From Gekko japonicus (lineage: Eukaryota): a stretch of 63,797 nt of DNA. The stretch is from positions 21,672 to 85,468 of the forward strand of contig NW_015165350.1 of NCBI RefSeq assembly GCF_001447785.1, in the 5' to 3' direction. This document shows positions 24,871-42,066 of this stretch, one piece after another. A model generated the notes under the pieces. The model ran no database searches and was not told the origin of the DNA. It was given only the letters and a program-made list of their open reading frames with translations. Every line of letters begins with the position of its first letter. Within the stretch, counting starts at the first letter, position 1. The translations under genes and the position numbers were made by a program.

Positions 24871-25654
24871 TTCAGATTTTTATACTCTCATAGGGCCAGG
24901 CATTCCCTCTCAGCCTAATCTCCGAGGTAGATCAAGATGAGTAGCCGTGTTAGTTGGTCTGTCGCAGTAGAAAAGAGACAGAATCCAGGAGCACCTTAAA
25001 GACCAGCAAAATTTCCTTTTGTGTGTCCTGAATGTAGTGCCCTTCAGCCTCATTGGATGCCCTCGAGTTCTAGTATTTTGGGAGAGCTACAAAAAGTTCT
25101 TTCTGTCCACTCTGTATACCCCGTGTATAAATTTATAAACCTGTATCATGTCCCCTTTAGCAGTTTTCTAAACTGAAAGCTCCCAGACTTTTCAGGCTTT
25201 CCTCATAGGAAAGTTCCTCCAACCCCCTAATCATCTCGGTTGCCCTCTTCTGTACCTTTTCCAGCTCTGCAGTGGCCTTTTTGAGATATGGTGCAAGATT
25301 GGGCTAGCCGGGGTTATCCGGATCGGGGCACAGATGACCCAACAACTCACAATTAGTTGGTGTGTACCAAGCCTGGATTTCAACCTATGCTTTTAGCTGG
25401 TTTTTCAGTCATGGCTTCTGTTAGTTGTGGCTTGATGTGACATCTGAATTCACAGATCTTCATTTTTCAAGTCACACTGGCCGTAGAGATGGCAGCATGG
25501 GGCCATCTCCATCCAGGGTATAGATGGGAGAGGAGATAAGAAGCGAACCAGGGTTTATGCACCAATTGCGGTTTTATTGCTTGTATTTGGAAAGCTAACT
25601 AGAGTTTGGAATGCTGTGGGGGGTATTGCTCATGATGTCCTAATTTTGTTCCAG

Positions 25655-26400
25655 GATACAATACCTGAGTGCTAGAATATGAGGAGAATTGTTGGCGGGA
25701 AAAGATCTGAACAAGCGGGCAATGGTGGATTGATTGCTAGAAGGATCTGAAGGGAAATGTTTCCAGAGCCCTGAGATGCCAAAGATGCCTGAAATTCAGC
25801 TGGATACAAAAAGTTATTTACATGAAGTTGTAGAGAATAAACCCAAACTAGCCTTGTTTTGAGATGGAAATACTGGAAGTTCAGAGTTACCTGAAAGATT
25901 CCTGAGGCACAAAAGTCCACCGATGGACTGTGAAAATGGCTCCCGTCAGAGCACTGACTTGGTTGAGAATCCACAAATGGCAGAAAAAGCATACATTTGT
26001 TCATATTGTGGGCAGACGTTCAAAGGAACTTCCGCCTTGATGGCACATGAGAGGTCTCACATAGCAGAGAAAGTATATAAGTGCTCGCAGTGCGAGAGAC
26101 CGTATGCCTGTCGTTTTGACCTCCTACGACATGAGAAGAACCATGCGGGAGAGAACCCACATCAGTGTGCTTCAAATTGTGGCAAGTGCTTCCATCAGAA
26201 CACCCCCATGCCCCTGTGCCAGGAAATCTGTCCGGCAGAGAAGGTAAGCAATTGCCCTGAGTGTGGGAAAAGCTTTGGCAGCAAATGGCAGCTCCTTCAG
26301 CACAAGGAAACCTACAGGAGGGCAGAACAGAACGAGTGCTCAGAATGTGGCAACAGGTACAAACTTCCCTCACAAGACACTTGAAATCCACACTGAGGAG
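25655..26400 (+). pseudogene. Degenerate C2H2 zinc-finger exon (gene C), probably a pseudogene or truncated ZNF
   Basis: Acceptor tttgttccag at ~25654. ORF 25923..26384 has two intact fingers (YICSYC..HERSH, YKCSQC..HEKNH) followed by broken fingers. No upstream KRAB exon was seen. Confidence 0.65.
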
Positions 26401-26456
26401 AAGCCTTCTGCGAGCTATGCTCTAAGCTTGGGCCCCCCATTTGTATGGGGTCTAAG

Positions 26457-26598
26457 CAGTGTTCTCTCTAAGCTGAGTTAGTGTGAGCTAGCTCACAGTT
26501 TTTTAGCTTCTGGTTCACACATTTTTGTCTTAGCTCAGGAAGGATGGCTCCAGAGCAAACTGATTTATGCAGTAGCCAAATCACTCATTCACAACGAC
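26457..26598 (+). mobile_element. Same hAT MITE family, truncated
   Basis: Matches the first part of 7256-7461. Confidence 0.8.
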
Positions 26599-26965
26599 TT
26601 GGCAACAGTGATCCATGCAATGGTCACCTCGAGACTAGACTACTGTAATGCTCTCTACGTGGGGCTGCCCTTGTCACAAATCCGAAAGCTGCAGCTAATG
26701 CAAATTGCAGCAGCCAGGCTTCTGGTGGGTCTTCCTATGCGGGAGCACATTCAGTCTGTGCTAAAGGCATTACATTGGCTGCCGATAGCATTTCGAGTTC
26801 ACTTCAAGGTGCTGGTTCTTACCTTTAAAGCCCTATATGGTCAGGGGCCAACATACCTGAGGGACTGCCTTTTCCCATATGTACCCCAGCGAGCACTGCA
26901 TTCAGGGTCACAAAATCAATTGACCCTCCCAGGCCCTAAAGATGTCAGACTGGCAACAACCAGGG
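26599..26965 (+). mobile_element. L2-type LINE 3' ORF2 fragment
   Basis: HAMVTSRLDYCNALY.GLP...LHWLPI.FRV.FK; similar decayed fragments at ~32090-32880 and ~16665-17165. Confidence 0.85.
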
Positions 26966-28082
26966 CCAGGGCAGCTGGGGCCAGAGACGGGAGCTCACTC
27001 CATCACGCAGCACTCGGGTCTCGAACTCCCGAGCTACCAACCTTCTGCTCTGCAGCTCAGCATCTTAACCTCCGAGCCACCATGGCCCCATATCATTCTA
27101 TATATACGGACACAAACACAAAACCATAGCTCCATTTGAAACAACTCAGTTATAATTTTCACATATGAAAGATGGTGATTCTCAAACAGTGTTCCTAGGG
27201 ACCCAGAGATTATATGTGTTGTAAAATAGTCAAACGTGTTTAATACTCAGACTATCAATGGATCTTGCTCTATTGGAAAGAAGAGATTTCTTTGCTTTTA
27301 AAAACCTTTATTTCTAAGGGGAAAAGGTACACAGGATAACTACAAATAAACATAACACTAACAGCTACATTTTCTAAGCTGTCTATGGTCAAACCTAACA
27401 CAGAGATAATGGAGAATCTGCCCTTCTTCTCGACCCTTAGAAAGGAAGTCACCTGGAGCAAACAACCAATCACTTATCACAACAGAAGTTACTTTTCCTG
27501 GGCTAATTCCCCATAGGCTCAATGCCAGGTATCCCTTCCAGGTCAGTCTAAACAATAGCAATACTAGGCAAACAAGTTAACCCTATAATGACTGGATTGT
27601 CAGACCTTGTAAACACATGCATTTCCAACAATATGGACAGCAGATAAAACCAAAAAAGGGCATTCCTATCTAACATGGTGCCCTACAAATAGAGCCAGTG
27701 TAGTGTAGTGGTTAGAGCATAGGACTAGGAACCGAGAAGACCAAGGTCAAATCCCCACTCTGTCATGAAGCTCTCTGGGTGATTTTAGACCAAACAAAAT
27801 GAAAGTCCAGTGGTGCCTTAGACATTAGCCACTTTTATTTTAGTATGAGCGCTCATGATGAGTCACAGCTTGCTTCCTCAGATATATGGAGGGAAACAAA
27901 CGGGAATTCTATTTAACAGGAAGAATATAAGCGAGGTGGGAAGATGAGGCAGAGCACGCGAATTCCATCCTGAGGGAGTTTTTCCATCTGGATCGTAGGC
28001 CAGTCTCTTTCTTTCTCTAGCCTACCTCACAGGAATCGTAATTAAAAAGATAAAATGCAGGAGGGGAGGACAATGTTGTAAA

Positions 28083-28275
28083 CAGTGTTCCCTCTAAGCT
28101 GAGTTGGTGTGAGCTAGCTCACAGTTTTTTAGCCTCTGGCTCACACATTTTTGCCTTAGCTCAGGAAGGATGGCTCCAGAGCAAACGAATTTATCGCTCA
28201 CTCATGACTTAAATGTCAGTGGCTCACAAAGTAGAAGTTTTGCTCACAAGGCTCCATAGCTTAGAGGGAGCATTG
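28083..28275 (+). mobile_element. Same hAT MITE family
   Basis: Both TIRs present. Confidence 0.85.
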
Positions 28276-29470
28276 GATATAAGTCCTCTGGTTAAGCAGG
28301 CGTGAGGGATATTTTTAGCCAGGATCACATGAGAGCAGCTTCACCCATTTTGGTACCATTCCTGAAGGGGTGGCCACAATAACAAAATTTGAAAGGTGAC
28401 TTGTGGGCCCCTTCAGGGCTGTGACAGATTTATTGTAATATAATAGAAAGTAGGATCTGCCTCAGGAAAACTTACTGCTACGATAAATCTGCCAGGATTG
28501 TTCACACGTACCAAACAATGAAGTGGGAGCACTACTAGTACCGGGGGNNNNNNNNNNNGGGGTGCGGAGGGAGGGTAGCAAGTGGTAAATTCTAGCTTGG
28601 GGGGGGGTGTTACATTTTTTTAAAGGCAGAGAACTTTGGTAAATGGGATGAGAATGGAACCTGATTCTTTCTGGCTGAGGTGTGTAGCCCGTTGGGCAGT
28701 AAGACTTCTTGTGTCTTTTTTCATTGGGTAAACAGTTGACCCGGAACATACTATTCCTAAAGGGGTATGTGGAGAAACTGTTTTGCAGGACTCTGTTTCC
28801 TTCCACATCTGTGGCGCAGACGCTCCGTGCCTCAAGTCTCTGCCTTGCTGTGCTCCTTATTTCCCGACTCCTGGTATTTAACCCCTTTTTCAGTCATTGA
28901 CCAATTGTCTGTAAGTCTCTCCAGCTGGAGGATTGGCACCCCAGCCCCTCCGTCTCGCTCAAGAGTGTCTTACAGGCCCTGCCTCTGAGCTGCGGCAGGA
29001 ACAAGCAGTCGTGCCTTCACAAACTCATGGGGGCGGGAAGGTTCAGCTGCCTTCTCCTCTTCCTTTTTTCGCTTGGTGGAACAGGGTTTGAGTCAGGCGT
29101 GGTTTCTGGGGAACAGAAGTCAGAGTCAGGCATGGTTTGTAGGGGGAACAAAAGTCAGTCCCAACTTTACTTAGAAATGTATAATAAAGACTAAGGCACG
29201 TGCGTGCACGCACACAAGATTTCTCTAGTCAGTAGAACTGAGTAAAACAGAAAAAACAAATCAGGAAATCACATGCTGTCTGGCTCTGAATTAGATTTGT
29301 CCATAGCACATGTTATTGTGAGGGCAGGTGCCATTTCCTTGGGATTTCAAGTGCTCAGAGAAGTCCCATTAGTGGTGATGGTGACCCAAAATGTCTCACA
29401 ACATTCTCCCTGTAAGTTCTGTCTCAGCTTAAGTCTGAGATTCTGTCATGCTGCCCCCGTAAACAAATGA

Positions 29471-30154
29471 GCTGACAAGACAGGGATCCCTGACGTGTAA
29501 TGGTAGAAAACAGCAGAGAAACACCAAGGGAAGACAATCAAAGATTAAATGCACTTGAAATGTCTGAGTATAGGATATATTAAGTGTTTAAATTACAAAT
29601 AAACATCCATAATAAGTTGGTGCTCCACAACCAAAAACAAATACAATATTCCCAAATATAATCATATGTGCTCATGGCATATCATACTTCAATACTGAGA
29701 TACAGGGAAACATAACAGTTATTGTGCTCACAGGTGCTGGTAACAAGGTATGCACATAAATCCAACTGGTGGAAGAACTTTGGCAGTCATAAATCCAGCA
29801 GAGGATGACCGGTGAAAAATGTCCGATAGCCGAAAACGCCTTTCCTAGGTATATAGACGTTTCAATTTCTCTTCTTCTAGATAAGCGGCTGAATAAGGGA
29901 ACCTGATTTCAAAGATAATTACATTACCAGTTCTTTTAGCTATATTGAATCCCAGGGTTGTTGAAGTATGATATGCCATGAGCACATACTATTATATTTG
30001 GGAACATTGTATTTGTTTTGGGTTGTGGACCACCAACTCATTACAGACGTTTCTTTGTAATTTTAAATACTTACTTAATATATCCTATACTCAGACATTT
30101 CAAGTGCATTTAATCTTTGATGGTCTTCCCTTGGTGTTTTTCTGCTGTTTTCTA
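29471..30154. mobile_element. Long-hairpin insertion
   Basis: Arms ~29504-29693 / ~29960-30154; TSD taaacaaatga at 29460-29470 and 30155-30165. Confidence 0.75.
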
Positions 30155-30945
30155 TAAACAAATGAAACAGCATACAGAAAGAGAAACTGAAACTGGGATT
30201 ATGACTCTAAGAGAGAAATCTTTCCACTTCTTTCCTCTTGTGTGTAAAGTCACAGCCAATTTATGGTGACCCCGTAGGGTTTTCAAGGCAAGAGACCAAC
30301 AGGGGTGGGCGGGCCCTGCTTAGCTTCTGAGATCTGGTAAGATTGGGCTAGCCTAGACCACCCCCAAGCAAAGAGGAGAAAGAAATCACCACTTCTTTGC
30401 AGAGTAGTGGACACCGCTGTTCTGCATAAGACTCAAGTCAGGAAAGTGGGCGAGCAGGTGATTGGATCCCCCTTCCTTTGTTCTGGGAGACACTCATCTG
30501 GTTCAAGATGGCGGAACAAAGTAGGCTGTGAACTCTACTCCCTTTTCCCACATGAAACATCTTCTCCTGCACAAAAATACAAAATTGCCCATCTGGATTT
30601 TTTTTTGTTGATAGTTTATTTTTATTTATTTATTTAGACATTTTTACCCCGTCCTCCCCGCAAGCGGGCTCAGGGCGGCTTACAAGGGGCATGAGCCCAT
30701 ACATAAAAACCAATAAAACCATATAAATTAATCAACACATTACATTCAACAATAAAGTGCAACAATAAGGTGCTGCCATAGACAAGATCTTAAGTTGTTA
30801 TAGTGGCGGCTTCAGCAACCCACAATTGGGTATCACTGTCCAATAAATAGTCCGAGCCCGTCCGCTGCTCTCATTGTCACATGGATCTCATATCACTGGA
30901 TTCCAAGGGCACTCCCGACTTAGATAGTATCACCACCGTTGGTGA

Positions 30946-35580
<4,635 letters not shown>

Positions 35581-38259
35581 ACTGGGGAAAAACCATAGGA
35601 ATGTTTCCACTTTAAAAAGCACTTCTGCTACACCAAAAGCCTTACTTTTCCACCAGAGGTTCACACCGGACAGAAACTATGCAAACCAAGCTAAATTCGG
35701 TCACAGTAGTCGCATTTGCCATCCTCTCTGGCATGGTTACATTACAAAAGCTTTAGATATGTTCTCGTTGTAAGAAAGACCGGTCTTACTTAAACACCTG
35801 GGGAAGTGTATAACAGACTGTGGTTGAAACTTTAATCAGAAGTGATACTGAGGGGGCAGAGAAATGGAAAGATGAAAAAACCCCTACCTTGGTTTCTTGG
35901 AAAAACAAGATTTGGGAACATTTTCTATTGGGGAAAATGGCCTCACAGAATGCGGCACTCACCTCGGGCAGTAGTTTACGTAAATTCCAAGCAATTTGGT
36001 TTCCAATGATCGCATATCTATCTGAGGGACACTTTGTTCCTAATAATCGTCATTACCAGAAACTCTTATTCTTTTGAACTATCTAAAATTGTGTTTGTTT
36101 CTCAGTTACTGTATAGATTGTCACTTCTATATTGTTAGACATGAAGTATTATCCACTCATGCAGTTTACAGTTTGTGTTAAATGTTATATTTTCAAAAAA
36201 TTATAAAGTCTTTTAAAAAATGCAAGCAGGGGGAGCGTTTTATGCTGCTTTTCATACATATTCCTTTTATTTGATCGTAGCCATGTTATGGTATTTATGT
36301 TACTACCTGATTTCCTTGGTCACGGTTATGCCATCACCAGTGCCAAATTGATTAGTCATGGAAATTGTGGCACTGGAGATTGGCTGAATGATAAAATTGG
36401 TAAATTTTAATGATTTATTTAGAGTCCACCTTTCTCACTGAGGCTCCTGACTGGCCTGACTCTCAGAGCGGTTTCTGTTTTCACCTTTGGTTTGCTTCCA
36501 CCAGCTGGCCTTTGTAGGAATTACCTGCTCAGAGGGCCAATATTCCAGCCTCCCTTTCTGCATTGCTGTTCTGCAGGGGTCGTTTCGTAGAAAAAGAGCT
36601 AGGGGAACTCATTAGCATATGCCACACCACCTGACATCCTAAGGCCCGGCAGTGGACCTGCAAGGGTGGCGGGAGTGCGAGGAAGCCCCGCTAAGGCCCT
36701 CCCTGGCCCCAGGCAGGCAGGGGTGGGGAGAGGCGGGGAGGAAGCAACTTACCCTCCCTCTTCTCCTGCTTCCTCCTGGCTGAATGAGGGCCGGAAGCTG
36801 GGTGGCCGAAAGCAGGGGGTGGGGCTTCGTCGTGTGCCCCGCCCCCTGCACCTCACCCGGGGGAACTGCGATCCCCCGCGATCCCCCCCGAATCGACCTC
36901 TGCTGTTCTGAGGCTCCACCTAATGCCTGCATCTCCTATGATACAACCACTGGTTACCATGGTGACATTTTACCAATCTCATGCATGCCTGGGGAAACAG
37001 TGATCTAGTAACAAACTGCCACCTTTTCCCCCGGTGTCCTTTGAACAGCAGAGTTGTATGTGGTTTGGAGAATAACTGGTGGTGGGAAGTGCCATCAGGT
37101 TTCAGCAGAGTTATGGTGACCTTGTAGGGTTTTCAAGGCAAGAAGTGATTTGCCATTGTCTGCCTCTGCATTGTGACTCTGTACTTCCTCAGCGGTCTCC
37201 CACCCAAACAATAACCGGGGCTGATCCTGGACCATCCAGGTCAGGGCGGAGAATACCTATAAGTGTTTAAAATAACAAAAAAATTTCAAAGTAAAAAGTC
37301 CACACACGCACTGTACAGCAACAGACTGAGGCTTTGCCTGTCCCTTGGCTCTATATGGTCCCTTGGCTCTATATTCAAAGCAAAGATCTTTAAGCTTAGA
37401 TGTTACTCTTGTGTAAAAGGCATCCAGTTACCTTGGAATTACCTGTCCAGGCAGCCAGCCCTTTTTTCTGTTCCACATGGCAAAGCTGGGCCATCAGTAT
37501 GGAGCCCAGGTGTGAGAGTTCCTTCCTCCACATGGAATCAGCCAAAATGGATCCCTTTACTTCCATGTGGGTCAAATAAACTTTTCCTGAAATCTCCTGG
37601 AAGATAACTGTCTACCTTCTCATACCTGCCAAGTCTTTGTGTTCCTTCTAGGTTTCTGATTCCAGTAGAGGTGTACCTAGTTGTTTCATTGTCTCCAGCC
37701 AGGATGGCCATTAGCATTTTTAAAATAATTTTTATTACAAGTAACATCATAAAAACAATCATAGTGCTGAATACAAACAGATACCAAAGCAAAGATAACT
37801 GACATATACACAAAACCAGGCCCTGTATCCTCAACCAAACTTAGCTGCAACCGTTTAGTTTTCATCAGACTAAATGACGTGTCAATCCTTATGTGTGGCA
37901 GAATGATGGCTGATCTTGAAAAGAGCCAAGTGAGCTCTGCCAATATTTGTGTTAAGCCCTATTGTAAGAACATAAGAGAAGCCATGTTGGATCAGGCCAA
38001 TGGCCCATCCAGTCCAACATTCTTTGTCACACAGTGGCCAAAGCCCAGGTTCCATCAGGAGGTACTGGGTGCAAATGACTTCTCCCTCCTGCCTGTCTCC
38101 ACCTAAGATAGAGAAGAACCTTTAAAACTCGGGTGTGTGTGTGTTTCAAGCCCAAATCCCTAAATAGATTTTTTTCTCCACATAGCTCTATTTGTGCATC
38201 ACCTTTATAAAAATTGCCCCCCCCCCCATTCTGTGGGGCTCTAGGCGATCTACAAATAC

Positions 38260-40108
38260 ACACATGGAGGGACAAAACCTGCTGAGGGAAGATCAGCATG
38301 GCTTCCGCAAGGGGAAGTCCTGCTTCGCCAACCTTTTGGAGTTCTTTGAGAAAGTGAACAAGCATGTAGACAACAGTGAACCAGTAGACATTATATACTT
38401 GGACTTTCAAAAGGCTTTTGACAAGGTACCTCACCAAAGACTAAAGATGTGAAGGCCCGGGGAAAAATGGAAAAATTCGGGGGGGGAATGTTTCCCCCCC
38501 CCCATTTTTTCCCTGAAGCCTTTTTTTTTTCCGAAAAATTGGCAACACTGAAAAAAGAAGAGAAAGGGGGGGGGGAATGATTATGGAACGTTTTATTTTA
38601 ACATGATGAATAAAATATTTTAAGACCAGGTGTTCAAATATTTTCCAAATCATTTCTAAAAAATATGTATGTTATCAGAGTGATCTAATTTCTGTGCACT
38701 GAGGACAAATAAGTCCTAGGTTACCAACTGAACTCTCCAATGCAAGAACAAGATGCATTTCTTCCTTTAGGACAGGGGTGGCGAACAAGTTCGACAAAAA
38801 GAGCCAAAATTTTAAACTGTGAGAGTCAGAGAGCCACACCACGCAGTGACCTGCCAAAACAGACAAACACTCACAACTGTACCCCACAGCTGGCAACTGT
38901 ACCCCACATCCTGGATGCAGCCTATCCCTAGGGGGGAAAAAAAAAAAAATTCCGTTTTTCCCTGAAAAAACCCGGAAAAAACTGGGGTTTTTTCTCGAGC
39001 TTCAAAATTTCCGGAACTTTTACATCTCTACCAAAGACTCCTGAATAAATTTAGCAGTCATGGGATAAGAGGATAGGTTCTGTTAAGGATTAAAAAATGG
39101 CTAAATGACAGGAAGCAAAGAGTAGGAATCAATGGACAGTTTTTCTCACAATGGAGGGAAGTAAGCAGTGGGGTCCCACAAGGATCAGTATTGGGCTGGT
39201 ACTATTTAATTTATTCACAAATGATCTGGAACTAGGGGTGAGTAATGTAGTGGCCAAGTCTGCAGATGACCCAACATTATTTAGGAAGGTGTACCCCAAG
39301 ACTCACCGTGAAGGGCTCCAAGGGGATCTCCTTAAACTAGGTGAGTGGGTGATAATGTGGCAAATGAAGTTTAATGCTGGTAAGTGTATGGTGATGAACA
39401 TTGGGACAAAAAAAAATCCCACTTTCAACTATAGGCTAAAGGGGTCTAAACTTGCTGAGACTGAGAGGGGAAAAGACCTTTGGGCCCAGTGTGCTGCAAT
39501 GGTGAAAACGGCAAATTGTATGATAAGGATTATTAGGAAAGGGAATATTGTGTTCAGTTCTGGTCACCGTATCTCAAAAAGGACATTGCAGAAGAGAACA
39601 ACCAAGATGATTAGGGATTGGAGCACCTTTTCCTAGGAGGAAAGGCTGAAGAGTCCGGGACTTTTCAGTTTACAAAAAGAGACAACTAAGGCGGGACATG
39701 ATAGAGGTTTATAAAATGATGCATGAGGTAGAGAACACTGACAATTTTTTCTCCCTCTTTCCCAAAATACTAGAACTCAAGGGCATCCAATGATAGACAA
39801 AAGGAAATACTTCTTTACACAGAGTTATTTAAATGTAGAATTTGCTGCCAGAGAATGGAGTGATGGCCACACAGCTTTAAATGGGGATTTAGACAGATTC
39901 ATGGAGGATAGGTTTATGTGGCTACTAGCTATGGCTACTGAGGGGAACCTCCACATTCAGAGGCAGTCAACCTCTGAATCCCAGTGCCAACATCAGGGGA
40001 CATCTATGCTCTGTTGTTGGCCATCCAGAGAAACTGGATGGCCACTGTGTGAGACAGGATGCTGGAATAGATGGACTGGTCTGATCCAGCAGGGTTCTTA
40101 TGTTCTTA
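38260..40108 (+). mobile_element. 5'-truncated CR1 LINE (degraded RT + 3' tail)
   Basis: QHGFRKGKSC..NLLEFF..VDIIYLDFQKAFDKVPH; LFNLF.NDLE..ADD; ends with the ttcttatgttctt tail. Confidence 0.9.
38442..39030. mobile_element. hAT-type non-autonomous transposon inserted in a CR1 RT fragment
   Basis: TIR taaagatgtgaag / cttttacatctcta; perfect 8-bp TSD ccaaagac (38434-38441 / 39031-39038). Confidence 0.85.
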
Positions 40109-41099
40109 GGGTCATCCGTATTTCTAAGGCTTTGAATACCTCTGCATGAGGGAAGTGTCTCACGCAAACTTGAGCCTCCGGCTTCCTTCCTACTAACCAG
40201 CATTGTATCACCTCTGATTGGAATGTTATGCCCCCCTAGTAATGTGTGGTAATGATATTTTATTTTTATTAGAGCTAGGAACCCCAAAAGCAGGAAGTCG
40301 CCCAAGCCTCCCTGGACCTTTGAGAGGATCTGGACCTCCTTTGTAAAGGATAAAAAACAACCAGAAAACATGCTTTAGCATGTCAAGAGGGAACGGGTCA
40401 GTCTAGTTTCTTTCCTTATGGACTATTTTTCTGCATGCAAGGAGATTTAGCTACAGGAAAGTTATCCTAATGCAACAGGCTCACCCACAGACTAAAGCGG
40501 TACAGTCCAGGAAAAGTTCTTCCATTCTTGAACTGAGACTTTTTCTTGCCTAAACAACAGAACAGTAATACCAGGCACCCTTAATTAAGAACATAAGAGA
40601 CGCCAATGTTGGATCAGGCCAAAGGCCCATCCAGTCCAACACTCTGTCACACAGTGGTCAAAAATACCAGGTGCCATCAGGAGGTCCACTAGTGGGGCCA
40701 GGACATTAGAAGCCCTCCCACTGTTGGCCCCCCCAAGCACCAAGAAGACAGAGCATCACTTGCCCCAGAGCCATCTACAGTTTGGTGTAACGGTTAAGAG
40801 TTGCAGACTCTAACCCGGAGAACCAGGTTTGATTCCCCACTCTCCACCTGAAGCCAGCTGGGTGACCTTGGGTCAGTCACAGCTCCCTCAGCCCCACCTA
40901 CCTCACAGGGACTCTGCTGTGGGGAGAGGAAGGGAAGATGATTGTAAGCCGCACCGAGACTCCTTCGCGTAGTGAAGAGCGGGGTATAAAACCAACTCTT
41001 CTTCTACTGGCTCCTCCCAAGGATCAATAAAGGCCGGTCCCGACTTTGCACAGCTCCTCCTCCTCCAAGATCAGAACCTTTGACACCAGCTCGGTCTGT

Positions 41100-42066
41100 A
41101 TGCCTACAGCAGGAAGGCTGGGCTGTGCCACCTGAGAACGGGGAGGGGTGGGGAGTCTTGCAAATAGGTAAGCGAGCCGCACGTCAGGGACGGAGTTTCT
41201 GTCTTTGCCGGGCTCAGAGCGGCAGGGGAAGGGCGGAGGGGTGAAATCGCAGCTCTTGGGTCTTCTGTCCTTCCATTCGGCTTCCTCGGGGAAACCGGAG
41301 AGTTTCTGACAGCCCACAACAAGGGAGGGGAGGGGCGCGGCCAATCAGCACCTGGCTGGGGAGTTTTGGAAAAGGACGAAGAAGAACCGTCGGTGCCTGT
41401 TAGCCCCATTCCCCACCACCGCCAACCAATGTTCCCTCTACGCTATGGAGTTCTCCTGTGAGCCAAAATTCTACTTTGTGAGCTACTTGCATTTAAGTTG
41501 TGAGCGAGCGATTTGGCTGCTGCATAAATTAGTTTGCTCCGGAGCCCTCCTTCCTGAGCCGAGACAAAAATGTGTGAGCCGGAGGCTAAAAAACTGTGAC
41601 CTAGCTCACACTAACTCAGCTTAGAGGGAACACTGCCCCCAACCCCCGCGAGTGCCTGGTCTTCCCCTGTTGCCCTTCGACTCTGCCGCTCCTCCCGCCT
41701 GCATCCAGCCTTCGTCAGCAGCAGAGGTTTCCCGGCGGGTCAGTGAGCGCTGCCCTCGCCACGCCTGCCTGCCTGCCTGCCCCAGAGACCCCGGGAAGCA
41801 TCTCCCGCCGGCCCCGGGAACACCCGCCCCTGGGATGCTGAGGAGGGAAATGGCTCCCTTCCGTCGGAGGCGCCTGCAAATGCTGCGCCAAAGGAGACTT
41901 TCCCACCCCGAGCCGGTTCTCTGGAGTGGTTTCGCTTTTGCAGCTGTACCCCCCCCCCCGCGCTTGAGTCAGTCTGCAGGGAGGGAGACGCCCCCCTCGC
42001 TGCCTTGGGAAAGCTGGGACGGGAAAAGGCGGGAAACGATCTCTGCTTTCTCTCCTCGAGGCGGCC
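41100..42066 (+). promoter_or_regulatory. CpG-island promoter/5' region of TRIM copy 1 (paralog at ~62820-63196)
   Basis: CpG-rich; GC boxes and CCAAT (~41341); Kozak gcggccATGG. Confidence 0.6.
41427..41635 (-). mobile_element. Same hAT MITE family, inside the TRIM promoter
   Basis: TSD ccgccaac/cccccaac. Confidence 0.85.

Noticed and set aside
28420-29160. Possible LTR (TG...CA ends, short repeats); similar impression at ~45530-45890
   Set aside because: No partner LTR, PBS or TSD found, and a gap interrupts the first region
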